DNA of 64,000 bases from Bugula neritina. Lineage: Eukaryota; Animalia; Bryozoa. The DNA lies in NCBI GenBank assembly GCA_964035545.1, contig OZ037765.1, positions 32,611,504 through 32,675,503 of the forward strand. The letters run 5' to 3'. Below, piece after piece: positions 1-12,300 of the stretch; position 1 is the stretch's first letter; every line of letters starts with the position of its first letter. A model generated the notes under the pieces. The model was given only the letters and a program-made list of their open reading frames with translations, was not told the origin of the DNA and did not search any database. The translations under genes and the position numbers were made by a program.

Positions 1-2107
1 ACAAGAACAATTAAGTTTTATGACTCAATCATGTAAACCAAAGCATAATTTCAATTGACTTTAATGTTGTTTTAACCCAGCATTACGCGAGAGAAAAAAA
101 TCTAACCGCAGTCTCGAATCGTCAAGTGTTAATTTTGCGTAACAGCCAATATGACCTCATAAGTTTAATATTCATGTATTTATACTGACCAATCAAAAGC
201 TAAGCTATATTTATAGCAATGGCTATTTGCTAGCTCAGTGTTAGACCACCAAAGATGGCTTTATAGTTTCATAGACTCTGCCAAGTGAATGAATAATTTA
301 CATATTAATTTATCAGGAACTGCATAATGTTTTTTTCTTCTCTAATTATTCTGTATACATATTGAGATGAATGTTGAAAGGAAAAACCACTACTTTTTTT
401 AATCTCAAAGTATTAACTATGTATATAATACTGCTATAAAGCGCTTACTCATTCAATTAAGCCAAATTTATTTCTTAAAGCCAATTATTAAAAATAAGGA
501 ATGGCTAAAGACAGTCTACGGGAGCACCGGCATTGGCATTGCTAGTCCTAATCATACTCTCCTTTTTCCAGTGGAACTAATTTTAATTTTTATGCCACAT
601 TGCATTGAAAATCAGGATGTCCAATTATAGTGTCTAGTTAATAGTCTGCTCTGCCCTATTTGACAAATTTTTTCTATTTTCTATTCAGCTAGCAGATGAT
701 GTGTATAGGACAAGGCACTGTAGTATAATCTTTAATGTAATGTAGCATAGTGTGATTTAATGCAATATAGTACAATACACAGTATAAATAATAGAACACA
801 ATAGTTCGTAATATGATATGCCTTGGAATAAGCTAATATGACATAGCATATTATATGACTTGGTGCAACATGATGTAATGTAGTATGCTGTAAACGTAGG
901 TTTAGTATTCGCTTATTTCTTATAAATTTTAGGATATAGCAGCGTAGTTGACTTGATGTACCTACTTAGTTACTATATGATATTCTATAACTGGTTGTTG
1001 TAGTTATTGTTGTATGTCTGAGGTGCAATGGTATCTATTGAGACTTTACATAAGCTGGGAAAGCTTTTCCCTAAGTCATTGTAGCTTTTCACGTATCATC
1101 ACCGCTATGCCAGCTATATTATGCTTTTTATATGGCTATTAAACAATAGCTGACCTTTTTGACTGGTATACAAAAACCCAGCATTTTCATTTATCTTTTC
1201 ACTTACACTTGCAAACTTGCAACTACACTTATAACACAGTTTTTCACATCGGTATTTTCTTTCAGTCTGCTACAATAAACATTTTTATATACAAAAAACA
1301 ACAGTAATAAAGAAAGCTTGTGCTCTAAATGTGACAGGATAGCATAATACCACAAACCAAACTTTATGAAGCTTCATCACTTTAAGTTAAAGAACTAGAG
1401 CTATTTCCTACACCCAAATGCTGAAGCTACCTGACTCAGTCAGTAGTACTAACGACCAATGATATGGAATACTAATGGCTAAAATTATTAACTGTACAAC
1501 TATATCAAAGGTAACATTTAAGAAATAGTTTTACATAATAGTAAGCTATTGACCATACCCACAGCATTGAGTGCATCGTGCTCGGCAACGGAAGCCATAG
1601 TTGAATGCTCTTCCTGCCACTAACCATGCAGACTAGACAGACACCTGTTTAACACTGTCATAGCATGTTTCAGTTGATTGCATAACACTAGCTGAATGAA
1701 AGTTTGACTGCAAGCAAGTGAATAAATTGATGTTAAACTTTTGCTAACAGTATAATTTGAGTTTTGCTATTAAACTTATGGTAATTTTATTCCCGCAAGC
1801 ACTTCTTGGTACAAACTTGATTATATAATTGCGGTTGAAATGAGGAAACTGATTCCAACTATTTTATTTCCACTTTTGTAGCACAAATTTGTCAAAGCAG
1901 TGTTTAAACTAATTACACAAAATGCCCCATTGAGTCTCTCAATTTGATTTATTTAACAGCAAAATTCAATGTACAGCACAATTCAACAATGTATATGGAA
2001 GTAATTAAGCAGTATTACTAAATTCCTCGTGCTCTTTTAATTACTGGCACAGGTCTTTTATCTTCACCAGAAGCAGGTTTAGCATTTCAGAAAGAGCTTT
2101 TATCGCG

Positions 2108-5100
2108 ATGGGTTTACTTTTGTTGAGTGTGCTCTCTGTTCTTCAACTAGCTCTGGGCTATCCTAACGGTGCACCAGATGTCGCTTGTGATTCTTTCAGG
2201 CCGTTCCATGTGAACCGAACAACAAGTCAACCTTTTGAACCTAGGAATGAAAGTCCACCTGTAACTCAACCGAGTATTGACTCCTGCCCGTACCAGATTA
2301 CCTACAGCGGCAAATTCACTCCCGGACAGGATATTACTCGTGAGTAAACTTATACAAGACACAATTTTGTTTGAGTAAGACTTTTCTCACCTTTCTTCTC
2401 CAATGGGTTGCTTAAAAAGCTTGGTGACTACAGAATATTATAATATAGTATTCTAATGTTAGTTTAGACTTAAAATTTGCACCTTTTCTGGACAAAGTCT
2501 TCAAGTGGTTTTTTAATAAGTTTAAATTTAGCTTTTTATCCCAATCTCAATAAAGTCAGGTTTCCTACCAGTGACACAACAATCAGTATTAAATTGTCAT
2601 TACCCTAGTGCTATTATATTTCACCAGTTGACAGAACTTAGATTAGCATATATTTTAAGTAGTGTGACATAGTTTGTGCTATTTTTACTTTTTTCATATA
2701 GCGCTGCTTCAAAATTTTGACTTATAAAACAATTAAAACTAGATAAAGAGACATGAGCAAGTATAGGTTTATTAAACAAAGAAAAATTAAACTAAAACTT
2801 TGTCATTTCTTTATTTAACAACTTATAGAGCTTAGTAAAAGAGTTAAAATAAGAATGTGTAGAACTATCACAACCAATAGTAACTTTCATATTTTTGGTT
2901 GCAGTTACAATTTCTCCGTTGAACCGAGATGACTATTTCCGAGGCTACATGCTATCAGTCATGGAAGAGGTGGATGAGCAAGGGGTCAAGAACATTATAC
3001 CTGTTGGTGAATTTGGCAGATTGACCAAATCCGTCTGCAGAGGCCGTACAGCTACTCACAGCAATGATCAGAGGAAAGGATCTGAGGATGTCATATGGAT
3101 CGCTCCACTCGACTCTTCAAAGAAAACATTCAGCATTTGGTAATTTTTTCTTTGATGGACTTCTGCTTTTACCAATTGTTTGAGTAACATTGAAACTTTA
3201 TTAAAAAAACTATTTAATAAAAACACTTTTCTAACTTGTAATTCTAATAAAAGTTTCTAACAATTGACATTTGATAAATGTATCATGTTGTTTGGGCAGT
3301 GTTATTCAAGCATATCAATGCTTAAATAATGTTTTGAAACTAATTAGCATATTAATGCATTCAAAACAACAAACCTTATAAAAAGTTTATTCAAACTAAA
3401 TAGCCATTTGACATTGATAGACAGGTGATAGTTTTTTATATTACTTGCCTTCAGGCTGACAGTGGTGAAGTCATACTCAAGGTACTGGGTGAACTGTGCT
3501 GGAGTTAACATTTCGGCAGTAGATGCTTTAGACTCACCCACTGCTACTACTACTTCTAACAATGTATCCACCACCACCATAAAGCACCTGGCTGGAATCA
3601 TACTACCAAAAGAAGACACAACTGTGTTCAATAAAGGAGGTGTCAGTCGTAAAAACGATCTGACTCACAATCTTGAGGGGCACACACAGAGTAATGGTCC
3701 TGGAGGACATAATAATAACCCTAGTGGGTCTTTTACACCCACAGGTCATGGAGTTAGTAATCATACACATGGCACTACAGAAGTAAGACATAATGTAAAT
3801 GTTCAAACTCACGACCCTAAAGACCAAGGAGTTCATACACATGGTTTGCACAATAATAGCCACTCACAAGGGACAGGCACCCACACCCATGGACAAGGTG
3901 ACCACGCCCATGGTCCAGGTAGCAACACTCATGGAAAAAGTGATCACGCCCATGGACCAGGTAGCAACACCCACAGACCAGGTAGTAATACTCATGGAAT
4001 AACTAACCCTAAGCATAATATCTACCAGCAAGGAACAAAGCCTAGGAACGTTAATGGTAACACTGATGATTCCAGTGAAGTAGATTCTTCAGTCTCCAAA
4101 GAAAACAATAATAAAGGTATGCTAATTGGCTGGGTTTTATTACAAATATACAATTAATAATAATTTTAAACAGTTATGTTGCTTGTAAAGGCTGAAAAGA
4201 CAATATTGCATAGTTTAGGGTTTATCAGATTTATAACAACATTTTAACAAAATAAGTTTAATGATTGTAGCCAACAAGCTTGTTGGTAATGGCCAGAATG
4301 ATGATGACAGTCTAGTGAGTACAAGTAGTGAAGATCTAAACAGCGAAGGAAAGGACGAAAGTGGAAACAGTATTGAAAACTCTGTTGGTAAGCTTCCTAT
4401 ATTGTAATACAAGATTAATTAATTTATTAGAATAATTTAGTTTAGCAGTTATGCCTATAAATATTCTTCCAGTCCTCACTTACATGTCTGTTTAAATGAA
4501 ATTACGATTGGTTTCAAAAACCACACTATTAGGCAAACTAGTGCAGTTGAGTAAGTTTTAAAACCAACCATCTGAGCAACTTAAGAGTTTTCAATGGAGT
4601 AATTATTATTAGAGTTTGAGGTTGACTAACTTTCCGAAATTAAGTTGCCGATAACAGGTATTTTAAAATTGTCCAATTAAATGATTACAAGTGGAAACCA
4701 ATTATAATATTTATAATTAAAAAACATGCTTTCTGTTTTTTTTTCATTTAATGTGTTGTGACTAGAACTTTCATGGCTCTGCATCTAGCTACTTCATATA
4801 ATTTCTCTCTATTTTATATAGAAAAAGAAACATTAATTGCTTAAAATTCAAATATTTTTCATGTTGTTTTTACAGTTAATATTGAATTCCTTTATTACTC
4901 AATAAAACATGTAGCTTTCTACATACCTAATATATTTTATTTAAGATCATTAAAAACTCTTATGTAGTTATAAACTCATGTTTGTATAATTTAGGTAAAC
5001 TTTTATCCTATTTGCATTCCAGAGGCAAGATTTTCAAAGATGCTTTAAAATGCACTCATAAACTAAAAAAAAAATTGTAATTCATGATATTTTATAGCTC

Positions 5101-5556
5101 AAATTATACACCTAAAGAACCATTGTGCAGCATGTTATAGTATAGGGGTATAGTACATATCTTCGTTATTACTGAGGGACTTCCAGCTAACCCGTTCTCT
5201 CCCATTGTGAGAAAATTGCAGCTCATAAGGCTATGATACTAGGTGGTTTAAGGACCCCATGATTCGTTTCCTATCTTTCTTAGTCTGTGGTGAATCTAAT
5301 TACTCTGTGATTGATTGCAGATATCTCAGACAACAGATCCGGATCCAGTCTGAACAGCGCGGAGAAAGAAACCAGGAGAAAGAAGTTCTTGTCTACAGGA
5401 ATCCAGAAATTTGACACCGATATCAAGCAGTTCTTGAAAGGAGTTGGGAAAAGTCATCTCCTGTCTTCAAAAAATGCTGCTGCCTCACCTACCAATATAG
5501 CCTCTACTCTGTCTCTAATTTTATTCACCATTCTGTCATTTTTCCTATGCATTTAG
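2108..5556 (+). CDS. Secreted Reeler-domain protein with His/Gly-rich region and C-terminal GPI-type signal (cluster gene A, ~493 aa, 5 exons)
   Basis: Exons 2108-2339, 2905-3139, 3455-4116, 4271-4387, 5321-5556; GT-AG introns; total 1482 nt. Signal peptide MGLLLLSVLSVLQLALG, then Reeler hallmarks YPNGAP..AC..F.P.H, PYQI, FRGYML, VGEF, ATHSN, W.AP, TVVKSYSRYW. His-rich repeats (HGPGSNTHGKSDHA). Hydrophobic C-terminus with no cytoplasmic tail. Confidence 0.88.
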
Positions 5557-7512
5557 GTCACAGCAAAGGCCATTTACAGAAAAGCTGTGAAAAGCTTGCT
5601 AAGCATACCAAAGCTATGTTTTGTTATATTTCTCTGTTATATTGTTGTTGTTCATTTAATCTGTTCTTTGTTAAGTTTTACTAATATAATATTATTCATT
5701 GGGTAGTATAACTTTCAATATATCAATTAAACTTTTTATGCTAGTAAATTGATATACTAGCACCATATAGATGTATATCGATCTATTGATAGCACATTGG
5801 AATATTGATATACTGATATAGTATTTATTGGTATACTAAAGTAAAAATTATTGAACAATTTTTTCTCAATTATTTCTCCAATAATTTCATTTCTTGTAAT
5901 ATTTCTTTTACTAATTTTAATGCCACTTGTTTATTAAGTAAACTATACAGTAGGTGTTAATTCTGTAACTATGACAACTATAACCGCTACTAACTCTAAA
6001 AAGTCTTTAGCTGCTAAGTACTTTTTATATTGTTATAAGGACATAATTATACTCAAGAAAGCAAGAATATGGCATGTAAAGATATGTGATGATGACATGG
6101 TGATGAATATTTTGCTCACATACATGACTGAATATATTTTTACAGCAGAGAAAAGCTTATTGTTTGAAATCAATATCCATCAAGGTTTTAAACGACATCA
6201 AAAAAATGCTATGTAGCCAAAGACCTTTATGATTGTTAATGTAGTACATGTGTAGTACAGAATAAAAGTTGCATACGTGCTTCCAAACCTGCATTGTTCT
6301 AGTTGTGACATGTACTATTTACATAAAACAAGTTGAGTGATTATTTTATAGGAAAATGCTAGTTTTAGTATAACTTTTGTAAAGTTTGAAATTAATTCAC
6401 TAGGAAGTTCCTGTATGATAAAAGTTAACAATGCATGCATAATGACCTATTTCATAATTGCTGCTCTATATTCGAGAAGCTCATATAACTATATATATGT
6501 GAGAGTAGATGTGTATGAATACAAGATTCAATGAGACATAACTATTAATTGTACAGCTGAGTAAATTTGCATATTTGTGTTTATTAATTGGCTAATGAAC
6601 AGGGTACAATCTGAGTTGAATTTTGACAAAAATTTAGGTCATTGGAATAAGAATTTAAAAAGATGTCTACTTTAATTTTTTTAAAGCTAAAATTGTTTTT
6701 CTTAGAAAATATTTTAATTTATTCATTTAGGTAATTAGTGTAATTGAGTCAGCAATTTGCATTCAGCTGTAATAAAAATAATCAGACATTGTATCATTGC
6801 TATTGGATTAGACAAACTTTGCAAAGTTTTGACCATTCACAGATAATTGCAGAAAGATTAGCACAAAAATAATTTAGTTATTCTATACCTCCACTTGGTT
6901 GAAGAGGCTTAAACTATAGGTTTGAAATAACAGAAAAATTAATTAAATAACAATTATTAGTTGAATGCATGTAGAATAATCCAAATTTAAAATAGCTGGC
7001 ATGCAGCTATTTTCCTTTCGACTCTCAAATACTTTAGAGGGTGGAGAAAAATAGCCCCTGATTATAGATCTTCTGATCTCAATTCAGACCGCCAGTGAGA
7101 TCAGACAAATAGATGTAAAAGTTAACCGCTGTATTTAATAATCAGCAATTGATAATGTTAGTATAGCTTTCATAGAGCAATGAGAGCTATTTTGGTACAG
7201 TCTTTGCCATAAATATGTACATTTGGTTAATCTAAAGTTTCCCCTGCAGCGCTAGTTGCTATTATGACTCAACAATAATCTAAAATAAGATAATAAGATT
7301 ATACAACTATAGAGTAGCTATAACATATACAACAAGTAATGGATGCAACTTTAATGATAGGTGTGCCCAACTTTTCTATCATTTAACACTTGAAAAATAC
7401 GTCAGAATAAATTGGTCAAATTTGCATATTGAATTATTGTAAGCCAGTATATTAAGCTAGATTATAGTCAGGAGTCTTGCATTGACTTGTTCATTCACAA
7501 AGCAAAAGCAAC

Positions 7513-9302
7513 ATGAAGGTTTTACTCGTTTCTGTTTGTTTGTTTTCGTTGTGTTTTTCATTACCAACTTCTCTGGTACACACTGCTGATGACGATGGAA
7601 TGTACACGGATGACAACAGAACAAGCCTAATCCATACGCAACACCAACTTGCTGACAACCAAGATGACAATGTGACAGTGACTACCGACAGCGTTGTAGA
7701 GACCATTCCTGGCAGCATGGTGGAGACAGCTACTGGCAGCGTTGTAGAACTGAATTCTTCTGATGATGCTGGAAAACCTACTCTTGAAGAGAATACTGGC
7801 TTTGTTCATCACGATGATGACTTTAATTCAACTGAACTTCACGCTAATCACTCCCTCGGACACGGCAATGACGATCTATATTTTGACGATGATCACCTAA
7901 CTGGATCAGGTACAAACCATTCATTTGTGAGTGACGATGACCATATCCATGAGAATAATACTACCAGGGCAAATGATACACATGCTGGTACCGATGACAC
8001 AGTAGATGATCTTTCAATCAGTGGTAACAGCACATTTGATGACTTCGTGGAAGATAGAATGATAAATGGTAACAGCACATCTGATGACGTTGGAGATGAT
8101 CTACCAATGCACGGTAACGTCAGCACATCTGATGACTCTGTCAGAGCAATCGGCAGCACCAACAATGACACCATAGACGATGACGGAGCAGATATTCTTT
8201 CACACAATGATTCCAGAGTTGGTAAGTTACTGAGTTAATCAGTTTATTATAATATCTTTGTCTTACAAAACATACAGCACAGACATTCTGTTGCATGCAG
8301 TTCTTAAAACGTGATCAATCAGCTAGATGTGTGTTTGAACAGACCATTTTCTCTATATTGAAAAATAATTTACTTTCTCAGATGACACCAATGAAAAAAA
8401 TGACACTTCCATTGAGAACAAGTATGCTGATGATAAGGGAGAAAAGCTGGAAAGCAATCTAGACAGTAAGTTGGACAGTTTGGAAGATGCTGATAGCAAC
8501 ACAGATGATGATGTCAGTAAAGATAATGACAGCAGCAAAGATACTAGTACCAGTCAAAATGACAGCAAAACTGATAGCGCTGATGAAAGTGGCAGCGATA
8601 ACAGCCAAGACAGTGCAGAGAGTGATAACAGCGAAGGAAACAGCGAGAAAGACAGCATGAGTAACGAAGACAGCAGCAATGGTGATGAAAGTAGCAGCGA
8701 CGAAAGTGGAACATACAGCAACGAAAACTCGGATGGTAAATACGTTGTTATTCTTGTGTTTTGTGATAATTTTTTATCAATATTTAACAGCTAAAACAAA
8801 CAAATCTGCTACATATTTCTGTCACTACTTTTAAATTGCTCGGTCACCTTTAACAGCCAAGTGACTACACAGGCTAATCACATTATTTGGAGGTCAAGCA
8901 AACAGCAATGACTTCTAATATTATACTAAACTGTGAACATAAACACTGCTCTCAGCTAACCTGTTTCATGCTGAGCTGTGAATTATGTATAGAGTATAAT
9001 ATTGCATAATACTAGTATTAAAAGCTGCTTATACATTCTTTTATACATCAGTGCTCAAGACCTTAATGTTTTGAATTTTAGATGACTCGGATGATAGATC
9101 TGGGTCAAGTCTAGCCAGTGAGGAGAAAGATGAGAAGCGCAAGCAATATCTCAACAAAGGAATAAACAACTTTGATAAAGATATTCGCAACTTCCTGACA
9201 TCCGTTGGTAAAGAAAATCTGTACGATCAGTTCAGCTCTGCTATGCCATTGTCAGGCTCTATAGTAGTGTTGGTAGCTGGCGTGGCCGCGTTGCTCTCAT
9301 AA
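7513..9302 (+). CDS. Secreted Asp/His/Ser-rich acidic glycoprotein with GPI-type signal (cluster gene B, ~427 aa, 3 exons)
   Basis: Exons 7513-8221, 8382-8735, 9082-9302; both introns phase 1; total 1284 nt. Signal peptide MKVLLVSVCLFSLCFS; many N-x-S/T sequons. Last exon DDSDDRSGSSLASEEKDEKRKQYLNKGINNFDKDIRNFLTSVGKENLYDQFSSAMPLSGSIVVLVAGVAALLS*. Confidence 0.88.
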
Positions 9303-12300
9303 GACACTGCTACTTCCTGTAAACCAATAGCTGTGGAAGACAAACCATGCCCTGCATATTATTGAATACTCCCTATTCTCAGACTAGGATACATGAAGGG
9401 CGGACATTTTATTCTTACATGAAGGAACTTTAGTTGACCTGCCCTTTCCTTAAACTATCCTAAATATTTTGTTTGATTTGTGTGTTTTTAATTAATTCCT
9501 TTGATTATCACGTAGACATTTAGAAAATGACTTCCAGCTCCAGAGTTTATCCTTTTAAAGGAATTTGAATATATGGGCTGCATAATATCATTATTTCTTA
9601 TGTTATTAGGTATGCAGACATGTTTAGGCAGGCTATTATAACTTATATATCTTTATGCAGACTATATTATTGTCAGGCCGGCCTGACCATTTATAATGCA
9701 TTATATATTATATTTATGTAATTAATTATTTTATAATTAACCACTCCTATATATTTTTAGCTATATAGTTCATGAATAGCTTTAATGAATATGATATTTC
9801 CTACGTAAACATAACATAAATTACCATAATATATTATTACTATAAATGTGAGATATTTACATTCACAACTATAAAAAAATAACTCATAAATCTTATAAAA
9901 GCAAAAATATTTGTTTGCAGTAAATTCTGGAATTCGCATTTCTTTGTTATGTGAACATACGTATGTATTTTTTAATATTATGACATTAAAAATAAAACAC
10001 TTTTATATGATTTGTGTCTTTGATGATTATTTATATTTTTTTCATATTAGCAAACATTTTAATAGAGTATAAAGTTGATGCAACTATATGATAATCCAAC
10101 TTACAGAATGAATACGTTTATAAAAAGGATAGTTTGGTAAGTACAAAAGCACAAACTACATACAAAAACACAATCTACAGCACTTAGATAGCTAATTAAA
10201 TCAATACTTAGCCAATAGAACTGCTAGATTGCAACTAAATGCAAATCCAATCTAAGAGATGGTATGCATCATCACAATTATCAACTAAATATCTAATGCA
10301 CTATAATGCACTAAATAACGATTATATTGCAAACTTAAAAATAGATTTAAATTGGGAAAATTGGGACTATTATTAGTTGAATTTCTGGTTCACTTGGCAT
10401 GAGTCTATATATCAGGATACAGAACTTCCTTGGTCACTAGTTCCGCATAAACTATCTCAAGTATTGAGCAAACTTATAGCAGGTGGAGAAAATTACTTGT
10501 AAATTGTATCTTTTATTTTTAAAATTATAGATAAATTCTACAATTTTTATAGAAAGTATATTATATACTGTATTAGCCAATAACAAGGCTTATCCATTTT
10601 GTTGATGTTTACAGTATGAATTATTTTGTGTGACGTTTTAATGTTAATTGAACTGCACCATTTTTTTAGTTTGGGGTTATCTGCTCTCATTTTAAAACTG
10701 TAAAACTAATAAAAAGTTTGCTTTAAAATAATGGCTAGTACTAAAAGTGTTACAATTCAGATATGCTTGAGTAGTGTTTATAGTAAGCTTTTTTAAGATT
10801 ATACAGTATTTTATTATAGAATCAAAATAAAAGTGCCCTGTTGATTGTCACACAGTATACATATGTGTAGACAAGTCTAATAGGGTAATTATGACAATAA
10901 CCTAGAATTACAAAAGTCCTGAAGCAAGAAATACATTGCTCTTGGGAAAGACAACTGCTTATTATAAAAGAGCAGCTGCTTTGTATCAGAGTTATCATCT
11001 CTAAACTCTAAATTTATATTTCATGCCATGAGAGGGGTTGTCCTCTCACCGATTACCATTCTGTAAAATTTTGATCAATGGCTTGTTTTAGCTTTAGCTG
11101 TAATATGCCAAACAGTACAATTTCTTGTAGTTGTAACTTCAAGTTTATATGCAGTTTTTAAGAAATTAAACTAGCATGTAATATGGGGATAGATTCTCAA
11201 GCAGTACTAACTACTTTGTTGTATTGTTTTGGTGTCTAGTATTAAGATGTTTTGATATACTTTAACTAGATAGGTTTTACTGCCAACTCAAAGACATGCA
11301 TTATTAACTACGCAATGCTATGTTGATCCCGTCAATATTTCACTGCATATATATATAGCAATATTGCTTTTCCAGAAAATATTCATACTACTAAGTTTTT
11401 ATGAGAAAAGATTAACGTAACTTCTATTTAAATGCAGCTGGTAAGAAGTAAATTCTTTATGATCCTAGTTCAGCATTTACTCATGTTGCTGTGTATTGCA
11501 TCTTAATTTTAAGCATACTATGTTACTGAAAACATTTTAGGTGCAAAGTTACCAATTAGAATCTTAGCAGCATTCAAATCTCAGCAGAATTAAATTTTAT
11601 GTTTATAATGCTTTGGCATGTACGAAATATTTGCTAGATGTATCTATTAGTTTACACTTTAAATATAATACTATTACTGACCCTGGCAATATATAATCAT
11701 ATCTGAAGTTGTCTTCCTTTATGCAACATTCCATTTAAAATAATATAATTTGCTGGTCATCTAACAGAACACTATTTATAGAAAACAAATTTAAATTTAA
11801 AACATCACCAAATGATACATGCGTGTACTCCAAATATATTTACACTTCAAAAAGTATATATAATTATCGGCATGCACATGCATAATTACATTATCATAAT
11901 CCAAAAAAATACAATAATTAATTATTGCGAGTTGTTATGATGGGATAATTAGGCTATATATTAGTTGCAGTACAGAGTGTTCCAGCACGGATGTCTATGT
12001 ATTGTGATTCACTTAATGAAGAGTAAATGGATGGAGGACACAGAAGCACAACTCAATCTTCTGCCAACAGTTTATTTTTCTCACAAAACTGTAACAATTA
12101 TTTGGACAATAAAGTTTAAGTTGCCTGCATCTTAAACAAGAGGGAAATTGAGCTGTACTGACTCATTAAACAAAAGCCAACAGTAAAAAGTTATTGCAAA
12201 AGCTTTCACAAAAAGCTTTCCTCAAACAATCAAAAAGCCTCTGCAACACAGAGTTATAAATATCTCCCTTTGAAAATTGACCCACTTTACTGACTAAGGA

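Noticed and set aside
70-546. Possible Helitron/Helentron-derived fragment ending in CTAGT
   Set aside because: Terminal hairpin is weak and there is no second copy in the window to confirm it.
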